From the IMG/VR virus record IMGVR_UViG_3300047160_015156, positions 34,217 to 98,216 of that record: 64,000 bases of DNA, one strand, 5' to 3'. Positions 1-10,433 of this stretch are shown here, piece by piece; position 1 is the first letter of the stretch; the number at the start of each line of letters is the position of its first letter. The DNA comes from a virus. A program made the translations under genes and the position numbers. The notes under the pieces are model-generated. The model was not told the origin of the DNA. It saw only the letters and a list, made by a program, of their open reading frames with translations, and ran no database searches.

Positions 1-252
1 GACGCGGAGCTCGCTTCGGGGCAGGAGGGCTCGGAGGTGCACGTGACGAAGGGGGAGGAGATGTATGGAAAGACGGGAACGTTCTCGTCTTATCGTGTCG
101 GTCCCTTCTCTCTCACGGCCAAGGTCGGTCCGGGACAGACCCGACTCGGGGTTTTCCGCCAGCTCCGTCAGGAGCTCGAGGTGATGGCGGATGAGGCCCG
201 GGAGGAGGCGAAGAAGAAGTTCCTCGCTCACTTCCCCACGGCGACTTCGTGA
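1..252 (+). CDS. hypothetical protein (probably 5'-truncated by the window)
   Basis: Open frame ending TGA 252, overlapping the GTG of the next gene. Confidence 0.5.
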   Translation, partial: DAELASGQEGSEVHVTKGEEMYGKTGTFSSYRVGPFSLTAKVGPGQTRLGVFRQLRQELEVMADEAREEAKKKFLAHFPTATS

Positions 253-806
253 GGTCGAAGGGGTCAAGCGAGCTCCTCTCGGACGCGGAGCTCCGCCAGC
301 TCCGCGGCTTGCCCCCGCTTCTATCCGCGGAGGAAGGACGGAAGATGGCCGCGGACTTCTGCGCGCCGGTATCGTCCAAGCGTGCGCCGAAGAAGTCCAA
401 GACGATGGGGGATGCGGCCTTCGAGAAGAAGCTCGAGGAGGTCGGGGACATGCTCAAGTCCGGGCGGTGGAACGAGGCGACCCCCATGCACTTCGTCGCC
501 TTGTACGTCGACCTCTACTATCGCGTCTACGGGATCTTGCCGGAAGATCTGGGGCCGAAGGAACGGGTCATCGCCGGGAAGATGGCGAGTGGGATGCTGG
601 ACCGGACGTTCGGCGGCGACCGGCAGAAGATGAGTCAGTTCATGGCCTGGACGTGGACACGAGAGAAGGAACGCGAGCAGTATCGCCGGGAAAACAACAA
701 GGACGGCCAGGTGATCGGGTGGGCGTTTCAGTTCGGGAACAAGTTGATCTCGAGCTACCGCATAGCGGAGGCTCGGAAGGCGTCGCATGGCCCGCCGTCG
801 CGTTGA
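249..806 (+). CDS. hypothetical protein, possibly replication-associated
   Basis: 185-aa ORF overlapping the helicase start. Confidence 0.6.
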   Translation: MRSKGSSELLSDAELRQLRGLPPLLSAEEGRKMAADFCAPVSSKRAPKKSKTMGDAAFEKKLEEVGDMLKSGRWNEATPMHFVALYVDLYYRVYGILPEDLGPKERVIAGKMASGMLDRTFGGDRQKMSQFMAWTWTREKEREQYRRENNKDGQVIGWAFQFGNKLISSYRIAEARKASHGPPSR

Positions 807-2295
807 GGCGGGATCGAAACCGGAGAATCCGCCGCCTGAGGCATCGAAGGTCACCCTTCCCTATGACACGGCGAACGAGTGTGCGATCATTGCCGCGTCG
901 TTCCTGAACGAGGAGGCCCGCGCTTACACCATTGTCCGTCTAGTTCCCGATCACTTCCAACAGAGGGAGCATCGCGAGCTCTGGACTGCGTTCCAAGAGA
1001 TCGAGCGCAGGAAGCTTGCCTTCGATCTCCCCCTGGTCGAGAACCTGACCAACCAACAGATCCGGGAGTACCTCGCCGAGCTCTGCGAGATTCGACCGGA
1101 GGCGCCGAAGAACCTCGAGTTCCACGTCCAGTGCATCCTATGGGATCACGCGCGGGTGTCCTCGGCGCGGGGACCGATTCCGGCGTTCATCGAGGCCCTG
1201 AGGGACCCGAAGTCCGAACCCGAGCGAGTTCGAGCTCTCGCGCGCGCGATCGCCACGTCCTTCGACGGCTACGAGGACCGAAAGTACCTACACGATCCGG
1301 AGGTCCTGGTTCGGGACCAGATGAAGGAGATCGAAGCGCGCGTAAACGGTCGCGCGACCTTCCCCTACGGCATCGACGGGCTCGACTTCCTCGACCGCGC
1401 GGGACCGCGGGAGGAGTGGCGCCGTCGGATGCTCCCGGGTGCGGCTCCCTCTCAGATCACGGTGGTCACGGGCGTCAGCGGCGGCGGGAAGACCACGTTC
1501 ACCGCTCACATTGTCCTCGGCATCGCGTTCCCGGGATGGCGGAAGAACGACTTCGAAAGCCTCGGGCGAAGCCTGCTTTACGGCTCGTGGGAGATGAGCG
1601 GAGGGATGACCCTCGAGCTCCTGTCCTGCATCTCTCTCGGGTGGTCCAGGTCCGAGCTCATGGAGGGCAGGGGACCGATCGCGACGCCGATGGGCCGGCA
1701 ACAGCTCCACGCGCGCATGGGCGTCCTCAACAAGCGGATCCGGTTCATGGGGAATCCCTTCCGCCGTCGGTCGGGGGAGAAAGCTTCGAACGAGAAAAAC
1801 CTCGACATCGTGCAGGGGTACATCGCGGATTCCGGATGTGAGGTTTTCGTGGGTGACCTCTGGAAACGGTGCCTTCGACACACCGACCCGGACGAGGAGG
1901 AGGACGCGCTCATCCGGCAACAAGCCATGGCGGAGGAGCTCAAGATCCATGCCATTCTCCTCCAACAACAGCGGCTCAAGGATGTGGAGATGCGCGCGGA
2001 CAAACGGCCGACGCGCGAGGGCATCAAGGGCTCAGGAGCTTGGGTCGAGGTTGCCGACACCATCTTAGGCGTTCATAACCCCTCGCTTTTCAAGCGAGTT
2101 CCTCCGGATACCCTCGAGGTTTTCGTTCTGAAACAGCGCTATGGTCGGTGGCCTACGGGCGTCGAGTTCCGGTGGGATGCGGATTCGGGGATGGTCACGG
2201 GAGGAGTGCCCATCGAGTACGATCGACCCGGAGAGCAGAACGAGATCGATGGTGGGACCTCGCTCGCGGCATTCCGGAGCAAGCGAGGGAAGTGA
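787..2295 (+). CDS. DnaB-like (SF4) replicative helicase
   Basis: DnaB-type N-terminal domain (E..IIAASF...PDHFQQREHRELW), Walker A GVSGGGKTT, SWEM, RPTREGIKGSGAWVEVADTILGVH, KQRYG. Confidence 0.9.
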   Translation: MARRRVEAGSKPENPPPEASKVTLPYDTANECAIIAASFLNEEARAYTIVRLVPDHFQQREHRELWTAFQEIERRKLAFDLPLVENLTNQQIREYLAELCEIRPEAPKNLEFHVQCILWDHARVSSARGPIPAFIEALRDPKSEPERVRALARAIATSFDGYEDRKYLHDPEVLVRDQMKEIEARVNGRATFPYGIDGLDFLDRAGPREEWRRRMLPGAAPSQITVVTGVSGGGKTTFTAHIVLGIAFPGWRKNDFESLGRSLLYGSWEMSGGMTLELLSCISLGWSRSELMEGRGPIATPMGRQQLHARMGVLNKRIRFMGNPFRRRSGEKASNEKNLDIVQGYIADSGCEVFVGDLWKRCLRHTDPDEEEDALIRQQAMAEELKIHAILLQQQRLKDVEMRADKRPTREGIKGSGAWVEVADTILGVHNPSLFKRVPPDTLEVFVLKQRYGRWPTGVEFRWDADSGMVTGGVPIEYDRPGEQNEIDGGTSLAAFRSKRGK

Positions 2296-3257
2296 GCATC
2301 GACCGCGTCGACATCGAGAAGGTTCTCAAGCGCCTTGGGATCGAGGCGAAAGCCCACGGGCGGGAATGGGTGGCCCTCTGTCCAAACCGAGAGCACAAGG
2401 ACCGCACGCCGTCGTGGCGAATCCGCGATGAGGTAGGTTCGAGTCGTCACGGGTACCACCACTGTTGGCCATGCGGATTCGGAGGCTCTGTCGTCTCCCT
2501 CATCCAACACGTTCTCCAACTTGAGGACTACGGGGACGCTCGCTCCTGGCTCGAACGCGAAGCCCCGGTGGATCAAAAGCCGATCGAGAGAGTAGAGGTG
2601 CAGATTCGACCTCCCTCCCTTCGATTCCGACTCCCTTCCGGTGTCGTCGAAGCCCCCATCGAGGAGTGGCCCGGACCCCCGCGGGAGTACTTCCTCGACA
2701 CCAGGAAGCTCGAGGCGTGGCAGGTAGATCGTTGGGGGGTGGGATATGCGATCGAGGGACGGCTCAAGGGACGGCTCGTCCTCGTCTCGCGTGACGCCCG
2801 CGGCCGACCCCTCAGGTACACCGCGCGCTCGTTCACGGGAGCTTTGAAGCGGTACCTCGAACCCGAACCCGAGGAGGGGGCGAAGATGAACGCGATGTTC
2901 GGGGAGCAGCATTGGCCGGCGCTCGAGGAGCGTCACACCCTCTTCCTGGTCGAGGGAGCGATCAACGGGCTCGCCCTCGAAGCCGAGCTCCCGGGCATCT
3001 ACTTCGCCGCGACGGCCGGGAGTGAGATGCGGGGTCTCTACGGTGCCAAGTTGGCGACGTGGAAACGGGTATTCACGATGTCGGACCCTGACAAGGCGGG
3101 TGACCGCCTTGGGGAGGAGATCGGGCTCGGGTGCGCGCGGCACACGACCATCCAACGTCTTCGACTCGAGGAAGGCTTCGACCCTGCCAAGATGAGGGAA
3201 AAGCGACCGGGCGAGCTCGGAGCTATCATCCGTTCGTGGCTACGAAAGTCCACGTAG
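2292..3257 (+). CDS. DNA primase (CHC2 zinc finger + TOPRIM)
   Basis: CPNREHKDRTPS...HCWPCG zinc finger; LVEGAING and DPDKAG TOPRIM motifs; GTG 2292 overlaps the helicase stop. Confidence 0.88.
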   Translation: MSIDRVDIEKVLKRLGIEAKAHGREWVALCPNREHKDRTPSWRIRDEVGSSRHGYHHCWPCGFGGSVVSLIQHVLQLEDYGDARSWLEREAPVDQKPIERVEVQIRPPSLRFRLPSGVVEAPIEEWPGPPREYFLDTRKLEAWQVDRWGVGYAIEGRLKGRLVLVSRDARGRPLRYTARSFTGALKRYLEPEPEEGAKMNAMFGEQHWPALEERHTLFLVEGAINGLALEAELPGIYFAATAGSEMRGLYGAKLATWKRVFTMSDPDKAGDRLGEEIGLGCARHTTIQRLRLEEGFDPAKMREKRPGELGAIIRSWLRKST

Positions 3258-3538
3258 TTGAAGCGTCACCGGAATTCGGTCTCCTCGCTCAGATCGATCG
3301 TCCGGCGGCAAAGAAGTCCCTAAAGAGGGCGTACGTGATCGCACGGTGTCATGCTGCTCGCGCGGCATTGTTCCTCGGTCTGACCCGACGTCGTTTCTAC
3401 AAGTGGGTGGTGAGACTGGGGCTCCTACATTGGATGCAGGAGACAACGAAGATCGCGCGGCGGCAGGGGTGGTTTCGTGACCACGTCACACCCGATCGGT
3501 TCGTCAGAAAGTTCACACCTTCTTTGACGCAGTCGTGA
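3131..3538 (+). CDS. small Fis-like HTH protein (true start probably near 3255)
   Basis: HAARAALFLGLTRRRFYKWVVRLGL resembles a Fis-type HTH; start uncertain. Confidence 0.45.
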   Translation: MRAAHDHPTSSTRGRLRPCQDEGKATGRARSYHPFVATKVHVVEASPEFGLLAQIDRPAAKKSLKRAYVIARCHAARAALFLGLTRRRFYKWVVRLGLLHWMQETTKIARRQGWFRDHVTPDRFVRKFTPSLTQS

Positions 3539-3661
3539 CGCATTGCCCCGGTGCTTTTTTCTGTTTTTGTCGTTTCGCTGCGGCATCTCTAGACATAGGA
3601 TCGACAGTGGAGAGTAGCGGGAGCCGCTCCGGTTCCCGAACAAGGAGGTCCTACTACCAGA

Positions 3662-5851
3662 ATGAGCAATCACACCGGGGATGCGGCGGCGGTGAAGCAC
3701 CTTTCGAAGTCTCGCCAGGACGCGAAAGAGATCTGGAATGGCCCCACGACTAGGGCGTGGGTGAAGACGAAGAAGGCCGGGGGCAAGGCGTGGGAGCGCT
3801 TTGACGAGCTCGCGACCAAGGTGGTCGCTCGAGAGATCACCTTCGAGGTCTTCGTGAAGGAGACGAAGGCGGAGTTCAGGGTCATGGCGCTCGCGGCGAC
3901 GCGCCGCCGCAGGCCTCCGTACTGGTTCGAGCTCGAGGACATCATCACCCTCCTCGTCTCGCACTTCTGGTACTACGCCTTCGTCCACGTCGGGCGCGAC
4001 GGTCAAGTGGGTTTCGTCCCTGGTAAGGGGACGACCGAAGGCGAGTACCTTCGGTGGAACATCATGCAACGGGTGCAGAAGGATCTCGGCCGCGCCCGCG
4101 GCGAGAACATGCACACGCAACGCATGTTCGGACCCTCACCGGAGGTGGTGACGTCGACGGGCGACTTCTCTCAGGTTCAGGTGTGGAAGGACCACGGGAC
4201 TGAGGGTGAGTCGTTCGAGATCGAGTTCGATGAGCATCGGCGGTGTGACGCCCTCGAGCGCCTCACGCGCGCCGCGCGCGAGTTCGTGGTTCAGAACGAG
4301 GTGGAGAAGCAGCTCTCCCAGACCCGGAATCGGAAGACGAGGCAAGGCGAGATCCGAGAGTTCATCCTCGGTTCGCACCCGAAGGACGTGCGGGAGTCGC
4401 TGAAGACTCTCGGGTTCAGGAAGGGTGACGAGCTCGAGGTGGTCGAGAACATGAGCGAGCTCATCGCACGCGGCATGATGACGGGCGCGGCATCCTCTTC
4501 TGAGCCAGCATCGTGCGAAGAGTCAGAGCTCACTCGCGGAGCGCACCGTCGCGGTCGAGTTTCTTGTCTCGGAAAGGTCGTTATGAGCATCGTGGGCGCC
4601 ACGCGGATCGATCGCGTGTGGGAAGGCAAACTTCGCGAAAACTACGCGTCGATCACCAATGACTTCGCTCTCGGGAAGACGAAGGAAGAGGTCGTTCGAG
4701 GTCTCGAACAGCACTTCGAGAAAAACACGCCGAAGGACAAGCTCGCCAACTGCAACATCTGCGGCGGCCATTCGGACGAGTCGCTTCCGGCGTGTCCCTA
4801 CTGCGAGGACCAGGGGCCGGAGGAGCTCGGCGCTCCCGTTCCCGCGGAGTCGGGCGTGGTTGCCACCGCGAAGGCATCGGCACCGGAGTCGGAGGCCCTA
4901 CCGGGCACGGAGATCGACGCCTCGAAGATGGAGGCGGAGACCCTCGAGCAGCCGAAGAAGAAGGGTGGACGGAAGAGCGCTCAGGAGAAGATGAACGCTC
5001 AGATGGAGGTCGCAGAGAAGAAGAAGGTCAAGGCGCCGAAGGCTTCACCGAAGCCGAGTACGCCGGTCCTCGACATCGCCGAAGCCAAACCGGTGGTGAC
5101 GGAGGCGGACCTCGATCGCGAGCTCATGAATTATCGGGAAGCCGGACGGCGGAATGCTGCCAGTTTCTGGCACATGGGCGTGGCGATCTCGAAGATCCAT
5201 CTCGGCTTGTGGGAACAGCGTCGGGATGGGGAGAAACGCAAGTACAAGTCGTGGAATCAGTTCGTGGAAGCGGAGTTGAAGATCGCGGTTCAGCATGCGA
5301 ACCGCCTTCGAAACGTGGCAGATCACTTCACCGAAGAGTCTGCGGCGAAGTACGGCGCCACCATTCTCATGGTCATCGATCGTGCTCCGAAGGAAGAGCA
5401 TTCTCGTTTGATGGAGAAGGTGGACAACGGAGATGCCTCTTCGGTGAGTGCCCTCGCGAAAGAGGTCAAGGAGATTCGCGAGGCGAAGGGCATCACGGTC
5501 CTCGATTCCGAGGAGAACAAGAAAAAGTCGGAGACGAAGACCAACGCGATGCCGTCGAAGGCGGCACGAGAGAAGGCCGCAGCCAAGCGGCTCGAGAAGA
5601 AGGCATCGATCACTTTTGGGCTCAAGTCGGAAACGGGCATGAGCGATCCTCTCATGGTCCGACCCGACGGTCCTCAGTCGGATCCGGTTCCCTTTATCTG
5701 CCCCCCGGAGTTGAGGGAGACTCTCGGGAAGTGTTACGCATCGATGTTCAAGAGCATCAACGGCATTACCATGCACCAAGCGTGTGTGGTGAATGACGAC
5801 GGCACCGTCCAGTTTCGGTGGACAGGCACTCGTGAGGCCGAAGACGACTGA
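3662..5851 (+). CDS. 729-aa ORF: sigma-factor-like N-terminal part plus a zinc-ribbon/Lys-rich DNA-binding C-terminal part (likely internal start at 4583)
   Basis: ELEDIITLLVSHFWYYAF...EYLRWNIMQRV weakly resembles sigma region 2; CNIC..CPYC; FWHMG...YKSWNQFVEAEL motif; GCGGCATC at 4487 and SD-like GGAAAGGT before in-frame ATG 4583. Confidence 0.55.
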   Translation: MSNHTGDAAAVKHLSKSRQDAKEIWNGPTTRAWVKTKKAGGKAWERFDELATKVVAREITFEVFVKETKAEFRVMALAATRRRRPPYWFELEDIITLLVSHFWYYAFVHVGRDGQVGFVPGKGTTEGEYLRWNIMQRVQKDLGRARGENMHTQRMFGPSPEVVTSTGDFSQVQVWKDHGTEGESFEIEFDEHRRCDALERLTRAAREFVVQNEVEKQLSQTRNRKTRQGEIREFILGSHPKDVRESLKTLGFRKGDELEVVENMSELIARGMMTGAASSSEPASCEESELTRGAHRRGRVSCLGKVVMSIVGATRIDRVWEGKLRENYASITNDFALGKTKEEVVRGLEQHFEKNTPKDKLANCNICGGHSDESLPACPYCEDQGPEELGAPVPAESGVVATAKASAPESEALPGTEIDASKMEAETLEQPKKKGGRKSAQEKMNAQMEVAEKKKVKAPKASPKPSTPVLDIAEAKPVVTEADLDRELMNYREAGRRNAASFWHMGVAISKIHLGLWEQRRDGEKRKYKSWNQFVEAELKIAVQHANRLRNVADHFTEESAAKYGATILMVIDRAPKEEHSRLMEKVDNGDASSVSALAKEVKEIREAKGITVLDSEENKKKSETKTNAMPSKAAREKAAAKRLEKKASITFGLKSETGMSDPLMVRPDGPQSDPVPFICPPELRETLGKCYASMFKSINGITMHQACVVNDDGTVQFRWTGTREAEDD

Positions 5852-5865
5852 GGAGGAGACCGCGG

Positions 5866-8505
5866 ATGGAGGTGGTCAATGCCTTCGTCGATGGTCCCGA
5901 CCTGATCATCCTCGAGCGCGAAGGCGATCGGATCGTCGAGCACAAGACTCGGCCGGAGTACTCGTTCTTTGTCGAGACCGAGCAACTTCAGGACGTGGAC
6001 TTTGCCCGTCAGATTCGGTCGGCCTCCGTCGTCCGCGCGATGGTCAGCGAGGGGCGGTGGACGAGAATCGTCTGGTCTGATGACTTCGTCCGGAAGGAGA
6101 TGCTCTACGGGCGCCTCATCCGGTCGAAGAATCCGGTCACGGGCGAGGAGGAGCGCCGGCGCAATCCATCCCCCTTCCAGACTCGTGGGATCACCACCTA
6201 CGAAGGGGACGTGGACCCGGTCCGACGGTGGTTCACGGACACGGGCGCGACGATCGCCAAGCCGCGTCGTGCCTACTTCGACCTCGAGACCGATTCAAGG
6301 GTGAACTTCGCTCATGCGAAGATGGGGCGATCGCGCATCATCTCGATCGCGGCGTGCACCGAGGACGAGTCGAAGAAGTTTCTCCAGGTCATCAACGCAT
6401 GGTCCGACTCCGAAGAGCGCCGGATCATCTCCGCGTTCTTCGACTGGATCGATGAGGTCGGTGCCGACCAGCTCATCGCCTGGAACGGGGATGGGTTCGA
6501 CTTCCTCGTGCTCCGGGAACGCATCGAGCGCTTGGGGCTCAACCTCGACATGCGCCGTAAAAACTGGCTCGACCACATGGTCCTGTTCCGGCGCATGAAC
6601 ATGAACTCCTCCGACTCGGGCGAGGAGAAACAGTCGATGGCCCTGAACGCGATCGCGTTCGCGCAGCTCGGCGAGGGGAAGGAGGAGATTCCGCCGGAGG
6701 TCGCAAAGCGGTGGCCCGGGCGCTCCCTCGGTTCGCTCTCGTATGAGCTCTGGGAAGCCGGCGGCGAGTTCCGGGAGCTCCTGACCCGGTACAACATGAA
6801 GGACACGCTCTTGATGCCTCGCATCGAGCGGAAAACGGGCTACATCGCTCTCTTCGACACCCTCGCGGACGTGTGCCGGGTGCTCCCGAACTCCGTCGGG
6901 CTTCAGCCGACGAAGCAGATGGACGGCTTCATGCTCCGCCTCGCCCTCGAGCGGAAACATCACTTCGCCACGAAGGTTTTCCGGGAGAAGGGGGAGGAGG
7001 AAGAGCGGGACCAGTTCGCCGGCGCGTTCGTGATGCAGCCTCGAACCGTGGGCTCCAAAAAGAAGGAGGACGACTGGACTCCGGACCAGGCGGAAGCGTG
7101 GCGCCTGAAGATGAAGCTCGAGAACGGCATCCTTCGGGATGTTCACGTCGCCGACTTCGCCTCGCTCTATCCCTCGATCATCATCACCTGGAACATGTCG
7201 CCGGAGACGAAGCTGCAAAACGCAGCCGTCAACGGGCCCATCGCCCCGGGTACCTGCAGATCGCCGCTCACGGGGGTGTGCTTCGATGTGACGGTCGAGG
7301 GCATTCTACCAGCGGCCCTGAAGACCATGATCGCGATGCGGAAGGTATGGTCCGACCGCGCGGCCAAGCTTCCACCGGGTACCCCGGAGGCCAAGGAGGC
7401 CCAGCGCCGGTCCATGGCGTACAAGGTGGCCGCCAACTCCTTCTATGGCGTCGTCGGTTCCCCCTTCTCCAGGTACTTCGATCGCGAGGTCGCAGAGTCT
7501 GTCACCCAAAACGGGGTGTGGCTGATCAAGCGCACGATTGCCGAAGCCGAGGAGCGGGGCATGGAGGTGCTCTACGGCGATACCGATTCGTTCTTTGCCA
7601 TGAACGTGACGCAGACCGAGTACGAGGCCTTCGTCTCGTGGTGCAATGATACCTTGTACCCAGACATCCTACAGAAGGTCGGGTGCACGGAGAACCGGAT
7701 CAAGCTCGCATACGAGAAGGCGTTCTCGTTGGTCATGTTCACGGCGAAGAAGCGATACGCCGGGTGTTTCCTCCACTATAAGGGCACGGCGGCAAAACCG
7801 GTGCCAGGTGAGGGAGAGGTCTTCGACAAGAAGCTCCATTCGAGGCCGGAGATCAAGGGGTTCGAGTACAAGCGCGGGGATGTGAGCGTGCTCGCGCGGA
7901 GACTGCAGGAAAAGGCGATCATGACGCTCATGCGCGGGGTGGTGAGGCCCGAGGCCTACCGTCAGCTCCTCAGCGAAGCCCTCACCCATGTCGCGACCGC
8001 GGAGCTCCCTCTCGAGGAGGTTCAGATCTCGAAGTCCCTGTCTCAGGAGACGAAGAAGTACCACCGGAAGACGGCCAAGGGCGCGGACCAAGCCGTACCC
8101 CCGCACGTGCGTGTGGCGGAGGTGCTCGAAGCGAAAGGCCTCGAGCTCGGCGAAGGTTCCCGCGTCTCCTACGTGGTCACGGACAGCTCCGACGGCATCA
8201 AGGCGATACCGGCGCAGGACTACAAGGGTCAGATCGATCGTTACTACTTGTGGGAGAGCATGGTCTATCCCCCGACGCAGCGGCTCCTACAGGCCGCGTT
8301 CCCGGCTCAGGATTGGGTGACAGGCCTCGAGCGCATTCGGCCGAAGCAGACTCGGGGGAAGCGCGTACTACCGGGGCAGGAGTCTCTCTTCGGGGACGCG
8401 GCCGACCCGATCGGGGAGCACGCGCGCAAGTTGCGGCATCTTGAAACCGCCTGGGTGAACGCGATGACGCGATCGCTTGAGGCGGAGGTCGCATGGCGCG
8501 GGTGA
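5866..8505 (+). CDS. family B DNA polymerase with 3'-5' exonuclease
   Basis: FDLETD, AWNGDGFDF, YNMKD (exonuclease); DFASLYPSII, YKVAANSFYG, YGDTDS, KKRYAG (polymerase). Confidence 0.96.
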   Translation: MEVVNAFVDGPDLIILEREGDRIVEHKTRPEYSFFVETEQLQDVDFARQIRSASVVRAMVSEGRWTRIVWSDDFVRKEMLYGRLIRSKNPVTGEEERRRNPSPFQTRGITTYEGDVDPVRRWFTDTGATIAKPRRAYFDLETDSRVNFAHAKMGRSRIISIAACTEDESKKFLQVINAWSDSEERRIISAFFDWIDEVGADQLIAWNGDGFDFLVLRERIERLGLNLDMRRKNWLDHMVLFRRMNMNSSDSGEEKQSMALNAIAFAQLGEGKEEIPPEVAKRWPGRSLGSLSYELWEAGGEFRELLTRYNMKDTLLMPRIERKTGYIALFDTLADVCRVLPNSVGLQPTKQMDGFMLRLALERKHHFATKVFREKGEEEERDQFAGAFVMQPRTVGSKKKEDDWTPDQAEAWRLKMKLENGILRDVHVADFASLYPSIIITWNMSPETKLQNAAVNGPIAPGTCRSPLTGVCFDVTVEGILPAALKTMIAMRKVWSDRAAKLPPGTPEAKEAQRRSMAYKVAANSFYGVVGSPFSRYFDREVAESVTQNGVWLIKRTIAEAEERGMEVLYGDTDSFFAMNVTQTEYEAFVSWCNDTLYPDILQKVGCTENRIKLAYEKAFSLVMFTAKKRYAGCFLHYKGTAAKPVPGEGEVFDKKLHSRPEIKGFEYKRGDVSVLARRLQEKAIMTLMRGVVRPEAYRQLLSEALTHVATAELPLEEVQISKSLSQETKKYHRKTAKGADQAVPPHVRVAEVLEAKGLELGEGSRVSYVVTDSSDGIKAIPAQDYKGQIDRYYLWESMVYPPTQRLLQAAFPAQDWVTGLERIRPKQTRGKRVLPGQESLFGDAADPIGEHARKLRHLETAWVNAMTRSLEAEVAWRG

Positions 8506-9173
8506 AGAAGGAGAGTGGTCAGAAACTCGAGGATGTGACGAAGACGATCGAGCTCGAAGGAGCAAAGCTGAACATCGATGTTCAGCAAAGCCGGGAGCTC
8601 CTCGACGCCCTCGAATCCGCCGACTCCCAAACCGACCTCGAAAGCGCCCGCGCCGGCCTCTTCGAATCGGCGAACGCGGCCGAGGAGCGGCCCATCGACC
8701 CCCGCATGGGGAAGCTCGTAGAGCGCACGTTCAAGCCTCTCGATTGGGAGAAGGTTCTCGATCGCTTCGAGGCTTGGATGAGCCTCGGAGACCGGCGCAC
8801 GGAGGAGCAGTTCATCCGCCGCGCGCACGAGGAGGGTCCGGAGATCGTCAAGGACATCTACGACGTCTTCATCCAAGTCCGGTTCGCGCGTGAGGCTTGG
8901 GAGCTCGAGAATCAGCTCATGCTCGGCGGCATGCGTGACGAGGCCCAAAAGGTCCTCGAGCGCGAGAAGGAGCGCAAGCTGAGGACGAAGGCGATCACCA
9001 TCGATGACGTCACCCACAAGGCGGCATCGATGTTCCCCGACGAATGGGCGGCGCAAGAGAAGCGCAGGCTTCAATACAAGCTTATCGAAGATCGCTCCAA
9101 GCATTGTGTGGAGATAGGTACCACACGATGTCGGGTGCTTGATTCGATGATGGCTCGACTCCGCGTGACGTAG
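8493..9173 (+). CDS. helical protein, possibly a UvsY-like recombination mediator
   Basis: Coiled-coil character and position between the polymerase and SSB/RecA; function is inferred. Confidence 0.5.
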   Translation: MARVKKESGQKLEDVTKTIELEGAKLNIDVQQSRELLDALESADSQTDLESARAGLFESANAAEERPIDPRMGKLVERTFKPLDWEKVLDRFEAWMSLGDRRTEEQFIRRAHEEGPEIVKDIYDVFIQVRFAREAWELENQLMLGGMRDEAQKVLEREKERKLRTKAITIDDVTHKAASMFPDEWAAQEKRRLQYKLIEDRSKHCVEIGTTRCRVLDSMMARLRVT

Positions 9174-9215
9174 TCGAACCTTCCCACCCCCCTAGAGAAC
9201 ATCCAAGAGGACGCC

Positions 9216-10424
9216 ATGGCTGAATTCCAGACGGTCGACGACTTTCTCAATCACAAGGGGAACGAACCCTTCGGACTGAAGAACCTGAAAGGGTGGGCCA
9301 AGTCACCTGGCTACCTACACGCGTGGCTTCACACCCGTCAGGTTCCGGTTGCGGTGTGGTTGCATCGGATCCCGGAGAAGGTGATTCGCAAGGACAAGGA
9401 CAACCGCGAGCGCGAGCTCGTGAACGTCTGGGGCCGCCAGCACGTGTGCTGGGAGGACGAGACGATCCTGAAGAAGCAGCGGATGCGGGTCGAGGGACGC
9501 CGCGAGTTCCCTCCCCAGCGCTGCGGGGTCTGTCGCCTGATCGAGAAGGTTCGCGAGCTCATGTTGAGCCACGACCTCGCCGACACGGACGTTCTCTTCA
9601 AGTTCGAGGGCTCCGACAAGCCGGAGGAGAACACCATCATCCATGCCGGCGGTCTCGCGAACGTGTGGAAGCGAGACATGAAGGAAGAGGACAAGGAGCG
9701 TCTCAAGAAGCACGGGATCTACATGGGGAACTCGGGCAACAAGATGGGCGCATGGTCCGAGAACATGCAGCCGAAGCTGAACTACGTCTTCGCCCTCGTG
9801 AATCACGACTCGGTGCAGGACGGTCTCCAGGTCGCCACCCAAACGGAGGTCCTCGGCAAGAAGGTGCAGAACCTCATCAAGGACGAGATCCTGTCCAAGG
9901 ACGACCTCGGAAACCCCTTCCTCCACCCCTACTGCATCCGGTTCCAACACAAGCCGGAGGAGAAGGCGTTCGACGACAAGTACCACGTCCTCCGCATGGA
10001 CAAGAACAAGCTCACACCGGAGATCGAGAAGATCATCCGGAGTGACAAGCCGGACATCCGGCGCTTCACCAAGCGGTACAACCAACGCCAGATGCGGGCG
10101 ACGCTCGAGGCGCACGCGACGGAACTCGGGAAGCGGTTGCCCTGGGATGAGATCTTCAACGTGCCGGGGTACAAGGAGGACGAGGAAGAGACCAAGCCTC
10201 AGGAGACCCGGACCCCAGAGGTTGGACACACCGCGGCCGCGCCTCCCAACACGATCCCCTGCGACGACTGCAAGCATCCGATGCTCGAGACGGAGACGGT
10301 GTGCGGCAAGTGCGGGGCGAAGTACGAGGACGACGGTGCAGCGCCGGCGGCATCTCCTCCCAAAGAGGAATCGTTCGGGGATGCCGTCTACGTCCAAGGC
10401 GGCGACTCGGACGTCCCCTTCTGA
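9216..10424 (+). CDS. putative single-stranded DNA-binding protein
   Basis: Acidic C-terminus ending DSDVPF, Cys/His motifs, located next to recA. Confidence 0.65.
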   Translation: MAEFQTVDDFLNHKGNEPFGLKNLKGWAKSPGYLHAWLHTRQVPVAVWLHRIPEKVIRKDKDNRERELVNVWGRQHVCWEDETILKKQRMRVEGRREFPPQRCGVCRLIEKVRELMLSHDLADTDVLFKFEGSDKPEENTIIHAGGLANVWKRDMKEEDKERLKKHGIYMGNSGNKMGAWSENMQPKLNYVFALVNHDSVQDGLQVATQTEVLGKKVQNLIKDEILSKDDLGNPFLHPYCIRFQHKPEEKAFDDKYHVLRMDKNKLTPEIEKIIRSDKPDIRRFTKRYNQRQMRATLEAHATELGKRLPWDEIFNVPGYKEDEEETKPQETRTPEVGHTAAAPPNTIPCDDCKHPMLETETVCGKCGAKYEDDGAAPAASPPKEESFGDAVYVQGGDSDVPF

Positions 10425-10433
10425 GGTGAGAAC

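Noticed and set aside
5866-8505. Intein or intron in the polymerase, helicase or terminase
   Set aside because: The frames are continuous, of ordinary length, and show no intein splice-junction or LAGLIDADG motifs.
8568-8585. Canonical LexA/SOS box or chromosomal parS
   Set aside because: The spacer is 6 bp rather than 4 bp and the sequence differs from TGTTTCACGTGAAACA; kept only as an unassigned palindrome.
9021-9028. GCGGCATC copies at 9021, 40188, 52227 and 56869 as promoters
   Set aside because: No start codon at the characteristic distance, and some chance hits are expected in GC-rich DNA.
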